Shown: positions 32,788 to 44,279 of the stretch, in pieces
How the letters are laid out: every line of letters starts with the position of its first letter
Position numbering within the stretch: position 1 is the stretch's first letter
Source: Zygnema circumcarinatum SAG 698-1b
Taxonomy: Eukaryota > Plantae > Zygnematophyceae
Assembly: GCA_037447605.1 (NCBI GenBank)
Contig: CM074808.1
Span: 3,968,001 to 4,032,000 of the forward strand
Reading direction: 5' to 3'
DNA length: 64,000 nucleotides
The notes under the pieces: model-generated
The model's input: the letters and a program-made list of their open reading frames with translations, nothing else
What the model was told of the DNA's origin: nothing
Database searches by the model: none
Made by a program: the position numbers and the translations under genes

Positions 32788-34988
32788 CCTTTGCGCTTTA
32801 GAGGACCCTTTTTTTTTTGTTTGGAATCATGAGTTTCTTTCGAAGAAGAAGCACGTCTATTGCCCTTTTTGAGGGGCATGTCCGTACAAACTATTTCCCA
32901 CTTGTTCTGTAGCAGTTTGCGGAAAATGAAGTTCTCGGTGGGCATTGTTATTTTTTAATGCTCATTTTGAGCACTCTGAAAATAAATTTCTCCGCAAATG
33001 CTCGTTGGATGGAGGTCCTCCTGCGGGCTTCGGTGTGGCTCCCCTTTCTCCGTCCCTCCTCCCTCCCTGCTTTCCTCCCTCCTTCCCTCTGATCCCTCCT
33101 CTCCTGCTCTCCTTCGCTCCCCCACTCTCTCATTCTGCTCTCTCTCCCATCTCTTTCTCTCTCTCTGCTCTCCCTCTCTCTCAACTCTCTCCCTGTCACT
33201 CCCCCTCCTTCTCCTGCTGCCTACAAACTAACCAGCACGAGCTTCCTTCATGCGTATATCGAATTTTCAATTTTAACTATTGAATTGTTTCACGTGTAAG
33301 GGAAGAACTCCGTTGAACTTGCTGCAAAAACTACTTGGTCCCTTCGTTACTTTTGGTCTAGAATGGGCCAATCATAGTCGCCAGGGTAGGAAAAGTGCAA
33401 ACGTGGCAATCCCTGATTGGCAAGCACTTAAACAGGGCACATTCAACGGAGACCCACCCTTTCTAGTTTTAGAATTTGTTTTCCCAACAAGAGTCGGACC
33501 GTTATGCCGTGGGTGGCGATCTTGGGGTTTGCGGGGCAGGTCAGGAGACTCGGGACAAGGACACGGGAAGCAGAAGTAAACATGACCACTAGTTTTCTTA
33601 CTAGTTTGCAAACTAGGACCTGTTTGTTTTTAACTAAAAATTGTACCGAGGTTCGAACTGTTAAGTTTAGTGACCCGCTTTTGGGCGGGGCCGTGCAGGA
33701 CTTCGATCGGAAGCGAGTGAAATGTCAGAGTTCCAATGACGTCAGTTCTGCGATTCAATCATTCATCGAATCATCTCTCGTTCGTACATTTGTCGGCCAG
33801 TTAACGGTTCCGAATTTTTTCACCGTACGTGCTCGTGTACGGTACTGTATGGGAAAAAGGAGTGATGTACGGTACGCAGTGTCAGGAGATTAGAACAATG
33901 TAGGTAGAGAGAGAGGGAGACCGGGGGGGGGGGGTGGGGGGGCGAAAGGGGGGAGAGAGAGGAAGGCAGAGTGGGAGGGAAAAGATTCGAGGAAGGAAGA
34001 AGAGGGAGAGGCGTACAGGGAGAGAGGAGACAAACAGAGGTGTACACTGAACGGATGAAAAAAAAACATAATGTAAGATAAATGTCCAAACAAAAGAGGA
34101 CCCAAAAGCCTAAAAAATAAAAGATTGCGAATTGACACGTCCCTTTTTAATGAAACGAAAAAGGTAAGGTATAGACATGTTTGCGCTTGACCTTCAGCCA
34201 ACCTTCAGCGAAGCACTGTCGCTCCTTTACTTGCCATGCACTAAATAAAAAAAAAATGACATAAAAGACGTAGATACTTTCGACGATTCCAATCAGCTAC
34301 CGCTTTATACACGTTGAAAGTAAAAAAATTCATCTGCCTAATTTACATTGCATATCTCCTTAAAAAATTCCCCCAGAGCGAGGTGTTCGCACTCCCGCCA
34401 AAAAGTTTATTATATCGTTACATAACTCCTCTGCACTACGAGAGAGAGAGAGAGAGAGGCCTCTGCCGAGGGACGGTTTGGGGTTCAAGAAAATTGCTTC
34501 ACCAATCGCTGCTTCCTTTCGCGTTTTTCTATTTTTGAACAATCTGCTGTTAACTTTTGGCGCGAATTAAGTGGAGACCAATCGATTGTGAATTAAGGAA
34601 ATGCGCGGAGGAAATGGGACATCAGAAGTTTCGTCAGTCGCTGTGGGGCTCGCCCAGGGAGGGCCGCTGTAGTGTGGTGGAGAGGGAGAGAGAGGGAGGA
34701 GGGGGAGGAGAGAGAGGGAGGAGGGGGAGGAGAGAGAGGTGGGAGGGAAGGGGGAGCCGTAGGGCGCAGACAGTTTTTCCTCGCTCCCCCGTCGCCGTCA
34801 GAAGCGACTGTTCGTCAGTTATCGCCACAAGCATGTCTTCCGCGAAGTAATCTCATGCTCTCCTTAAAAACGTCATTTTTTCTTCCCTCAAAGTCACTGA
34901 GTATCATTGATCCGCACCAAAAACCTGTCACGTGTCTCGCTTGCAAGTCACCTCTCTCTCCTCCTCCTCCTCCTCCCCCTTTCCCTAT

Positions 34989-36083
34989 CTACCCCCTCCC
35001 TTTCCTCCCCACCTCCTCCCTCACCTCCCATTCCTCCTTCACCACCTTTCCTCCCTCCCCCCTCCTCCCCCTCCTCCCCCCTCCCCCTCCCCCTCTCCCT
35101 CTCCCCTCCCCCTCCCCCTCCCCCTCCCCCTCTCCCTCTCCCCTCCCCCTCCCCCTCCCCCTCCCCCTCCCCCTCCCCCTCCCCCTTCCCACCCCCCCCG
35201 GCCCCTCGAACCCCAGCACGTCCCCGAAGCGCGGGTTGAGGAAGGCGCTGGAGTGCCCAAAGTTCGTCCTCGCGGCGGCCCCTCTCACAGCGCGCGCCGC
35301 GCGGTCGTACGCGAGCGCGGCCTCCTCCGCGCTCTCGAACGTGCCCAGCCACGCGCGCACGCCGAACTTCACGTCCTTCAGCTCCGCGATCCACCGCCCG
35401 GAGGCGCGCTGCCGCACGCCCTTGTACTTGAGCTCGGAGGCCGACCGCCGCCGGCGCTTGCGAGGGGGAGGGGGAGGGAGAGAGGAGGGAGAGGGGGAGG
35501 GGGAGGGAGAGGGAGAGGGAGAGGGGGCGGGGGCGGGGGCGGATTGGGAGGCGGCATGGAACGAGGGGGCAGTTCCTCGGACTGTTGGGGTTGTGTCGGT
35601 GGAGGAGACGGAGAGGAGGCGGAGGGGGTTCTTTGTGACGGAGGGCTGTTCCGTCGCGACGGACTGATCGGAGGGGCTCCATGCGGAGGCGGAGACAATT
35701 GCGGGTAAGGCGCTTGTTCCGCTGCTGTCTCTCTCTGAGAGAGAGGGTTCAGAGAAGGTGCATTTGACCTCTCCCTCACTCTCTCTCCATCCCTCTCTCC
35801 GTACCTCCTCTGCATCCCACTCCCACTCCCTCTCCCTCCCTCTGTCCCTCTCCGCCTCCAGCCGGAGCTTCGACTCGCAGAGGAAGTCACTGAGCTCCAT
35901 GAGAGGGGATGGAAGGGATGACGTGGTCTCTGCGGGTTCCACCACGTGGCGCGTGCAGGGCGCGCTCCAGCAGCTTCTGGCAGCGTCCATGGGCGGCAGG
36001 TCGTCCGCGGCGGACGGGAACATGTCCCCCAGCAGCCGCGCCCACTCCCGCTCCAGGGCGCAGTTGAACGGATAGTCGGACAT
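34989..36083 (-). CDS. AP2/ERF transcription factor (single AP2 domain)
   Basis: ATG 36083; NLS RKRRRR; AP2 domain [56 protein letters not shown] (~35426-35258). The C-terminal RG/EG tail may be read-through into an intron or UTR. Confidence 0.9.
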   Translation of the reverse strand: MSDYPFNCALEREWARLLGDMFPSAADDLPPMDAARSCWSAPCTRHVVEPAETTSSLPSPLMELSDFLCESKLRLEAERDRGREREWEWDAEEVRREGWRESEGEVKCTFSEPSLSERDSSGTSALPAIVSASAWSPSDQSVATEQPSVTKNPLRLLSVSSTDTTPTVRGTAPSFHAASQSAPAPAPSPSPSPSPSPSPSSLPPPPPRKRRRRSASELKYKGVRQRASGRWIAELKDVKFGVRAWLGTFESAEEAALAYDRAARAVRGAAARTNFGHSSAFLNPRFGDVLGFEGPGGVGRGRGRGRGRGRGRGRGEGEGEGEGEGEGRGRGGGGGGRRGRRGEGGKVVKEEWEVREEVGRKGRG

Positions 36084-36323
36084 GGCGGGAGGGAGAGAGC
36101 GAGACGGAGCGAAAGGCCGTAGAGAGAGAGAGAGCAGAGAGAGAGCAGAGAGAGAGAGCAAAGAAAGAGAGAGAGAAAATATATAGAGAGCAGAGAGAGA
36201 GCAGAGAGAGAGAGAGAAGAGAGAGAGAAGAGAGAGAGGGCAGAGAGAGAGCAGAGAGCAGGGAGGGGGGGAGGGAGGGAGGGAGGGAGTGGAGCGTGAC
36301 GGACGTAGTGGCAGCGCCGGCTC

Positions 36324-36329
36324 TTTATA
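36324..36329 (-). promoter_or_regulatory. TATA box of the AP2/ERF gene
   Basis: Minus strand ctctcTATAAAgagcc, ~240 nt upstream of the ATG, followed by a CT-rich leader. Confidence 0.6.
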
Positions 36330-38208
36330 GAGAGGTGGGCGGCGCACTCGAGTACGTGGACTTCACTGGTTGACCAGGCGGACGAGTCTTGCCGGCCCCG
36401 GACCGCGCTCGTACGGACGAGCAGCGCCGCCGGCCGCCGCGCGGACGCGGCCGGCTGCCGGCGACGGCTGGCGGCCGGGATCGACGAAGTACGAGTTCTG
36501 GATCTCAGCTCGTGGCCGTACGGTACAGAACGAGGTTTCGGGGAGATTCAGGTCTCTAAGGTTAGTCCGAGGCAGCAGGCGGAGCGGACTTTGACTTTGG
36601 ACTTTAGGGCAATTTGGCTCGTGGCGCTCCAGGAAGGGTACGTGGCGAGCGGAGCGGAAATTGAGGGAGGCGGACGAATGAGAGTGGAGATTTGGACACT
36701 ATTGATGGATTTGTGGTATGATTAATTTCTGGATTCTGTTGACTTCGTGCGTATGACGTTTGTCCTTTTGGCGTTGTTATGTCAGGATGGGGGAGAATCA
36801 CCGGCGCGTATGGGCGACGTGACATTCTCTGATTGGCTGCGTGACGCCTTCTCCGTTTTGACAGCAACTTTGCCGCGGACTTTTGCACGCCGCGTGACGT
36901 GTCATGATCCACGTGGCATTCGGAGAGCAGGTGGTAGTAATGACAGTGTCGCTGAGTAATGATCACACTGGTTTCAAATGGACGGTCTCGATGGCATAAA
37001 CTCGTTTCTGTGCAGATCGGACCGTCCATTGCTTAGTCAGTACCAAAATTTGTTGGAGCGCCAAGCAAGCAAGAGCCACCGACCACCTGGTGAAGTTTCC
37101 TGGCAGTAGAGGTCGCCAGGGCGGCAACTTTGTCGTTTTCTGAGTACCTTCGATACATCGCCATATCGCCGGCGCATCGGCGGCGAAGTTGCAGGCTGAC
37201 GGCAGGCCGGTGAAAGTCAGCGGCAGTCAAACTCTGGGCCGGCTCTCGTACAAGGCCGGCTCTCTCTCAACCAAACAACAGCTTGTTCTTGTATTACTAG
37301 ATTTAAACGAAAATCGAACAAAGTAAGAATTATATTTTTATATTTTTTAAAATTTAAAAGAATTAAGCTTGCTGACGATTTGCTTACATCACATGAGCGG
37401 TGCACATGCGGAGGGGTCCAAGTTTGCAACCTGCAAACTGGTTTACGGAGACTCTTAAACTTTGGACCCCAATAGCGTCTAATTGGGCGTACCGCCCTCT
37501 GCCATTTCAGGTTCAAACTGCGAACCAAGTTTGACAGCCCCTTAAATAAAATTCAACTTTCCTCCCCCCTCTCACCCCTCCTCCCTTTCTCCGATTGGGC
37601 CCCTTAAAGAGCGCACCCTCACACCTTCCCTATCGCGGCATTAACAAACAAAGCATTGTTACATAAATGGCATATCCATTTTTATTTCACAAAAAAATCA
37701 TAAATCCGTGATGAAAGTGCGAAGCTATCATGCAGAACTGAAGGCATTCCGCCTCCACCTCCCACACATACACACATGCATGCATGCATGCAGCGCCGTC
37801 TCAATGAGCATTTTGGTACAAGTCAAACCTGGTCAAACTCAGTGAAGTAAGTCAAGCTCAGTCAGCATGTCCCCAGCCCTGACCCCGCGGCGCATTCTTC
37901 GCTCTCAGCCCTCCGCTTCATCGCTTGGCACCGACCAGCTTGCTGCTATGCACACATACATTTGCTCACATAGAACGACATCGACATCTTATGTATAACG
38001 AATCATTACATCTATCTTCCTTTCTCTTTCTCTCTCTCGCTCTCTCGCTCTCTAGCTCTCTCGCTCTCTGGCTCTCTCGCTCCCTCTCTCCCGCGCTCTC
38101 CCGCGCTCTCGCTCTCCCGCTCTCCCGCTTTTCCTCTCTCCCGCGTCCTCGCTCTCGCGCTCTCGTTCTCTCTCTCCCACTCTCTCTCTACACATCTCTC
38201 TCCCTCTA

Positions 38209-39603
38209 TCAGAATTCTAAGGACTTACACCCATTTCCGAGCAACTTTGTACAAGACTCCATACCATCCATCGCTGTCTCCCCAGGCACCTTCCTAACCC
38301 CATTAGACTCCCCTTCAAGCCCTTCTTTCAAGGCCGCGCCGCTCCCTGCACACCCAGTCGACCCGCAGCTCTCTTCGCTTTCCTTCCTTTCAGTGGCAGC
38401 CCTTCTTTCGTCACTGTCGCTTTCGTCAAACAGCTTTCTCCCATTCGAGCAGACCTCCGCTTCCTCGGACTCCCAAAAAGAACTCCTCGGAGTCGAAGGA
38501 GGCGTCTTAAAGGGCGACCCCGGGGGACTGCTCGACGATGAAATGTTTTCTTCCTTGGTCTTCTCCCCTCTCTCTTCCTCTGCCTCTCCCTCTGCAACTC
38601 CCTCTCCCTCTCCTTCTTCCTCTCCCTCTCCCTCTCCCTCTCCCTCTCCCTCTCCCTCTCCCTCTCCCTTTCCCTCTCCCTCTCCCTCTCCCTCTCCCTC
38701 TACCTTCCCCCATGCTTCACCCTCTCCCGCTCCCTCTCTCTCATCAGCTCTCCCTGACCCTCCTCGCTCTCCCTCTGCAGCTCTCATTGCTTTGTTTGCT
38801 CCCATAGAATCCCTCCTCTTTGACAAATTTGGCAGCTCTTGAAGCCCTGCAGTGGGGGAGTCGGAATCAACAACGACGTTTACTTTTGGAGCGACCACAT
38901 TCTTGTTTATGTATTTTTGCAGGCCCTCCACAGAAAACAAAGGAACAGAGCCAGCCGACTCCTCTTCGCTTATTTCATGGTCTTCTTCTTCTGCTTCTCC
39001 GCCTCGTTGTTCGTCCGGCTCTGAATGATCTTCCCCATCAACGATCGCATCTCTCAGGCTTCCATCAGCCCTTAACTCCTCCCCGACTCTCTCCCTCTCT
39101 CTCTTCTCCTCGCCCTCTTCCTCAAGCCCCAACACATCGTTACAGCCATTTGCGGACTCGGCTCCATTACTTGGCAATCCTTCATCATCTCCTCTCACTC
39201 CTGCTCCTTCCTCCTCAGCTTCTTCTCCTATCTCTCCATCACTCTCTTCTCCCTCTTCCCCTTTCACAGAGAACAACTCCTCCATCTGCACAACCCGTGG
39301 CCCTCCCTCGCACTTTCTCCTTCCCTCCCTCTCCCTCTCTCCTTCCCTCTCCCTCATCCCCTCCACGAGCTTCGCCCCCAAATACAGCGCTCCCACAGCA
39401 ACAAACGCGGCGGCAATAGGTGTCGGCACGGCAGCGAGCGCCGCCCCGAGCAAGCCGCCATGGCTGCCACGTGGCGCCACGTGGCGCCTGCTCCTGCGGA
39501 GATCCTCGGAGTCGCGGAGTCGGCGGAGGAGGCCACGCTCCCTCCGCTCAAAGAGGGAGAGGCTGCCTAAAAAGACCAGGCCAGCTGCGGCGTTGTGGGC
39601 CAT
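38209..39603 (-). CDS. Orphan single-exon protein (~464 aa): basic N-terminus, one TM helix, very acidic disordered region
   Basis: Uninterrupted frame from ATG 39603 to TGA 38209. Hydrophobic GLLGAALAAVPTPIAAAFVAVGALYLGAKLV. Much of the remainder is non-repetitive E/S/G-rich sequence. Confidence 0.65.
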   Translation of the reverse strand: MAHNAAAGLVFLGSLSLFERRERGLLRRLRDSEDLRRSRRHVAPRGSHGGLLGAALAAVPTPIAAAFVAVGALYLGAKLVEGMREREGEREREGRRKCEGGPRVVQMEELFSVKGEEGEESDGEIGEEAEEEGAGVRGDDEGLPSNGAESANGCNDVLGLEEEGEEKRERERVGEELRADGSLRDAIVDGEDHSEPDEQRGGEAEEEDHEISEEESAGSVPLFSVEGLQKYINKNVVAPKVNVVVDSDSPTAGLQELPNLSKRRDSMGANKAMRAAEGERGGSGRADEREGAGEGEAWGKVEGEGEGEGEGKGEGEGEGEGEGEGEGEEEGEGEGVAEGEAEEERGEKTKEENISSSSSPPGSPFKTPPSTPRSSFWESEEAEVCSNGRKLFDESDSDERRAATERKESEESCGSTGCAGSGAALKEGLEGESNGVRKVPGETAMDGMESCTKLLGNGCKSLEF

Positions 39604-40870
39604 TGGGGGAAGGAGAGAGAGGGAGAGAGAGAGGGCGGGGGAGAGAGAGGGACAGGGAGAGGGAGTGGGAGTGGGAGGGGGAGTGGGAGTGGGAGTGGGG
39701 GAAGGGGGAGGGAAAGGGAGACGGAAGGGGGAAGTGGGAGTGGGAGGAGGAGAGATAGAAGTGGAGGACGATAGGATGGAGAGGGAGAGGAGGCGAGAGA
39801 GAATGAGTGGGGGGAGAGAGGCGAGGAGGAGGGAGGGAGAAAGAGAGGTCTGGGTTTGGAGAGGCAAGAGAGGGAAGATAGAGATGAAGGAGACGGGGGG
39901 AGGGAGCAAGAGATGGGTGATAGGCAGAGGGAGTGGAATTGAAAGGAAGAAATGAAGCGAGAGAGAGCGAGAGAGAGCGAGAGAGGTCGAGGATGGGGGT
40001 GGTGCGGTGGCCTAGACACAACTCTTTGACGAATCTGGAAGAGGAGGGAGGAGAAGGATGAGGTTCATCGAAGGAGGGAGGGAAAGGACGAGAGAGAGGG
40101 AGAGAGCGGAAGACAGGGAGGGAGAGAGTGGGAGAGGGAGAGAGATAGGGAGAGAGAGAGGGGGAGAGAGAGAGAGATGGAGAGGGAGAGATAGAGAGAG
40201 AGGGAGGAAGAGAGGGAGGGAGGGAGAGGGACAGTGGGAGAGGGAGGGAGGGGGACAGTGGGAGAGGGAGGGAGAGCGAGGGAGAGGAGTGAAGGACGTG
40301 ACGTCTTTCCTTTTTCCCGCGCAATTGTGGACGCCGCACAAAGAAACCCTAAATTAAATTTTACAATTCGCACAATCCTGCCCGAGAGGTGTTTCTAGCT
40401 GCCCGACCGTACACGATTTGGCGAAAGTTGCGGAGTATTTTTCTGTTTTCCTGCCCGATCAGTGCCCGAAAATTGTCGATACAAATTACAAAAATGGTCC
40501 TTTGGTCTGAACCGAGTGCAGACAGCCTTTCGAAAAGCGACGAAAGTTAGCGGGCCAGTTTTGAATTTTTTTTCAAAAAAAAATTGCGATCTGCCCGTCG
40601 TATGTTTTTTCCTTACCCGCGGAAATTTCTGCTTCTTACAAAATTCGAATTGCGGAAAATTATTTACTTTCCTAATTCCGAAATTTTCAATCAAAGGCAT
40701 TCCTCTTGCACTTCCCTCGCTACCATTTTCTTTTTTTCTCGAGCAATTTTTTCGAGGAAATAAAAATTTGTTTGAATCCCAATATATATATTTTAGCTGA
40801 TATTTTGGAAAGCAAGTAAAAAAAACAAAAATAAAAAGAGGGGAGGGGCCTTGCGGGGCCTCCAGCCGGT

Positions 40871-43788
40871 ATGCAGCCGTCGGAAAGCGACAAAAAAAGG
40901 CGCACCGAGACACGCGCCAAAGGGTAGGGTTCAGGGATTAGGGTTCAGGTTTAGGGTGTAGGGTTAGGGTTTAGAGTTTGGGTTTAGAGTTATGGTTTAG
41001 GGGGTTAGGGTTTAGGGGTTAATGGGTAAGGGTAGGGTTTGGGGGATCATGGGGTTTAGGGTTCAGGGTTTGGGGGGCCTGAGAGTTTCAGGGAATTAGG
41101 GTTGGTTGTTTTAGGGTTTTGCCATCGTTTAATAGTTTAGTAGGCTTCGTTAGAATCGGAAAGATTATTTGCCCAACTTTTTCTGTTAGAGAATTTATTT
41201 GCTTAATAAGAGTTCAGAGCGCCTGCTTTAACTCTCCCTCTCCCTCTCCCTCTCCCTCTCCCTCTCCCTCTCCCTCTCCCTCTCCCTCTGCCCCCCTCCC
41301 TCCCTCTCCGCACACCCTTTTTTTCCTTTCTTGCAGGTACCAAGAAGTAAACAAGCTGAGCGCCGTTCTATGTGAAGTGGCGATCATTTTCGCAGCAATT
41401 GCATTCACGACGGCGCTGTTTACATTTGTGAATCAAAAAAGAAAATCTCATAATGTGACAGTTATAAATTCGGATTCATATTTCAAACATGAAAAGGAAA
41501 TTGCAAAAAATGCATCGGTTCCAATGTGGCCTCTTGGAGTGTCGGAAGAAAATGCTTCAGGAAACTGGTCAGCTTGGAAATTTTTTACTCTGCCCGAGAG
41601 GACAGCTGGCAGGCAACCGCTATCTCCATATCGACCTCTAGTGAAGCACAACCTGACAGGTCAGCCCTAAAAACCCTTGAAAGATAAAGAAATCCTGAAA
41701 ACGTTCAAATTCGGGAAATTTTCAAAGTCCGCAAGTGACTCTCTAAGCGCTATCTGTCCCTCGAGTTGGGGCCTCAAAAACCCTAAACTTCCACCAAAAA
41801 GGGAAACTAGACATATAGAGAGTGACAGAGAGAGTGTGTGCGTGTGTGTGAGAGAGAGAGAGAGATGTGAGAGAGAGGGACAAAGAGAGAGAGAGAGAGA
41901 GAAAGAGAAAGAAAAATAAAAACAAGCATCCTCTCTCCGCCTTTGGGATGGTGCTTGGACAGACGAACAACTTTTCGATCGAGCGCTGGCGATGCCAAAA
42001 TTTGAGCCAAAAGTTCCCATGGTATTCGACTCATTCTAAATGCGTTCCTTCATAATCTGCTTAGGAGCGAGCCGGCTCTATTCATTCTCCGAAAAATCAG
42101 AAAACTGAAAACTGAAAACTTTGTACTCTGAAAATACTCGAGAAACTTTCAACACTATGTTTTTAGTCATGGATGTCTGTAAATGGACTCTAGTCATCTT
42201 CCGCCTTGTCTCCCCCCTTTTTGTTAAATCCTTTTTTGCATTGATTGTGAGCCAGATCGCATTTTTATTTTTAACTCGAGGGCCGCTCCCTCTCGCGCGC
42301 CTTTGGGCGGATTTTTTTGGGTAATCCCTTCTTTTTCTCTAACCTTTAATCGATCGTTTTTTTCTTTTGTAAAGAAGAGGTGTTTACATGTTTCTTATTA
42401 ATACAGAACGTGCATGTTTTCGACCCTTTCTATAAAAAAAAGTGCCTTACAAGGTTGGAAGTGTCCAGGATCCTAGAGCACAGGTAGCGGGGGAGAGAGG
42501 AGGGGCGTGAGAGAGAAAGGCCTGAAAAGAGAGAGGGAGAGAGAGAGAGAGGGGTGGGGAGAGAGAGAGAGAGGGAGCGTGAGAGTGAGAGAGAGAAGGT
42601 GAACGAATGGAGCGAGAGCGAGAGACTGAACTGGGAAGGAAAAAGAACTAGTTCTGAGCAATTGTTGAAAATGGGCCAGCGGGCACGAGCTTCAGTACTC
42701 AATCTACATCCACGCAGATCCTCAATACATTTACGGCAGCGATGAAATTCCGGAAATTTTTCGCAACAGGACTATTCCAAGCAAGGTACAGTTCTGGAAC
42801 TTTTTGAGCTTCTAAGAAGCTTTACTACAAAATAGCAAATGAGATAAGAAGAGGAAGACAAAATCATCTCAATCTGTTCTGAATGCTTTGGGCGTGAGTA
42901 ACTCTCTTGTTATTTTGTAGTGTTTTTGGAAGCTCTTCAAAACTCTGCGTTTTCTAGTGTTCAAATCCTTTTGGAGATTTGTTTTTGGGGTATTCTGAAT
43001 GTTATGAACTTAAAATAAAGGGGTGTTTCTTATCTTGATGTGGGGACCTCCCCTCTTTTTTTTTTTTCTTTTTCTTTTTTTTCTTACTTCAGGCTGTAAA
43101 GTGGGGCGATCCGAGCATGGTCTGTGCAGAACGGCGGCTTCTTGCCAATGCTTTGTTGAACAAAAGGAACATGAGATTTGTTCTCCTATCGGAATCCTGC
43201 ATTCCCTTGTTCGGCTTCCAGTTCACATACTCATACATCATGACATCGCCGCACAGCTTCACGCTCATTGCGAGGGACCCCCACGAGAAGGAAACATGGG
43301 GGCCGCACATGCTGCCGGAAGTGAAGAAAAGTGAGTGGCGAAAGGGGGACGAGTGGAAGGAAGTCGAGCGAAGTTTGGCCCTTTTGATCATTCAAGACAG
43401 GACCTTGTTTCCTAAGTTTGAGACTCACTGTCTCCCCCCCCGCGACTGCTTCTATTGGGGATACATCGACGAGCGGTTTGTTCCAACGCTGCTTTCCATG
43501 AAGGCGCCCGAACGTGTGGCTAACCGGAGCCTGACTTGGTCAGACTGGAAGAGACACCAGAAATGGGTGCATCCTTACACGTATGAAGAGAGCGAAGCGA
43601 CTTTGGAGGTTTTGTGGAAGCTGAGGAACGTGACGAAGTACACTCCATTCGGGCTGGGGGAGGAGGAGAGAGAGTGCTTGATCAACGGAGAAGGGCCCTT
43701 TCCGTGCTACTTGTTTGCCAGGAAGTTCGCACCGAGCACGTTGAAACCGTTGCTTGATATTGCGGGCAGGTTGGGAATCAGAACATGA
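40871..43788 (+). CDS. Core-2/I-branching GT14-like glycosyltransferase (BC10/DUF266 family), paralog 2
   Basis: Exons 40871-40923, ~41338-41660, ~41927-42021, ~42256-42320, ~42680-42784, ~43093-43788. TM AVLCEVAIIFAAIAFTTALFTFV; WTDEQLFDRAL; IAFLFLTRGPLPLARLW; GHELQYSIYIHAD; AERRLLANALL; LLSESCIPL; IDERFVPTLL; NRSLTWSDW; YLFARKF. Confidence 0.92.
40921..41117. repeat. Degenerate (TTTAGGG/TTAGGG)n telomere-like array starting at the first-intron donor
   Basis: gggtagggttcagggattagggttcaggtttagggtgtagggttagggtttagag... Confidence 0.8.
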
Positions 43789-44279
43789 TTAGTTCACGGG
43801 CCGACAAAGGAGTGGTGGTGATGCGAGGAGTCATTGATGATGATGTCGACATTCCTGATGTGGACGTTAATGGTGTCGACATTCACGATGTTGAGATTAT
43901 CATGTTTGATTTGCTACTGTCTTGTGTCTTGTTGGGGGACATCAACAGTCGATTCATAGTATAGTAGGGAACATTGAGGGGAGCCAATAACTATTTCTTT
44001 AACGTGTGGGGTCGATTTCAAAAGTCCATGGTCCAATGACCTGCTTCCATTTCATTTTCTTCCCTGTGCAAACAAGTGGCTTAAGCTCGAGCCCGGGCTA
44101 AGCCGTGCAAGAAGGCAGCAGTTTCACATGACAGGCACAAATGGTTGGACAGTAACCCGCTGTGTAACCACAGAACCATGCATCACGTGTCAAAAAAAGC
44201 TCCGCAGAGCAATCGTCAGAAGGAAGCTTAAAAATAGCCCTGAACCCTTGGACCCTTTCACGGCTTACGCAGCTTTCCC

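Noticed and set aside
33800-33849. Solo ACTG-TA end resembling a Tc1/mariner TIR
   Set aside because: No matching partner TIR found nearby.
37033-37230. MAMYRRYSENDKVAALA..., faintly like a transposase N-terminal HTH
   Set aside because: Too short, with no DDE domain or TIRs nearby.
37414-37471. Small inverted repeat GGGGTCCAAGTTT...AAACTTTGGACCCC
   Set aside because: Only ~13-bp arms, single occurrence, no TSD.
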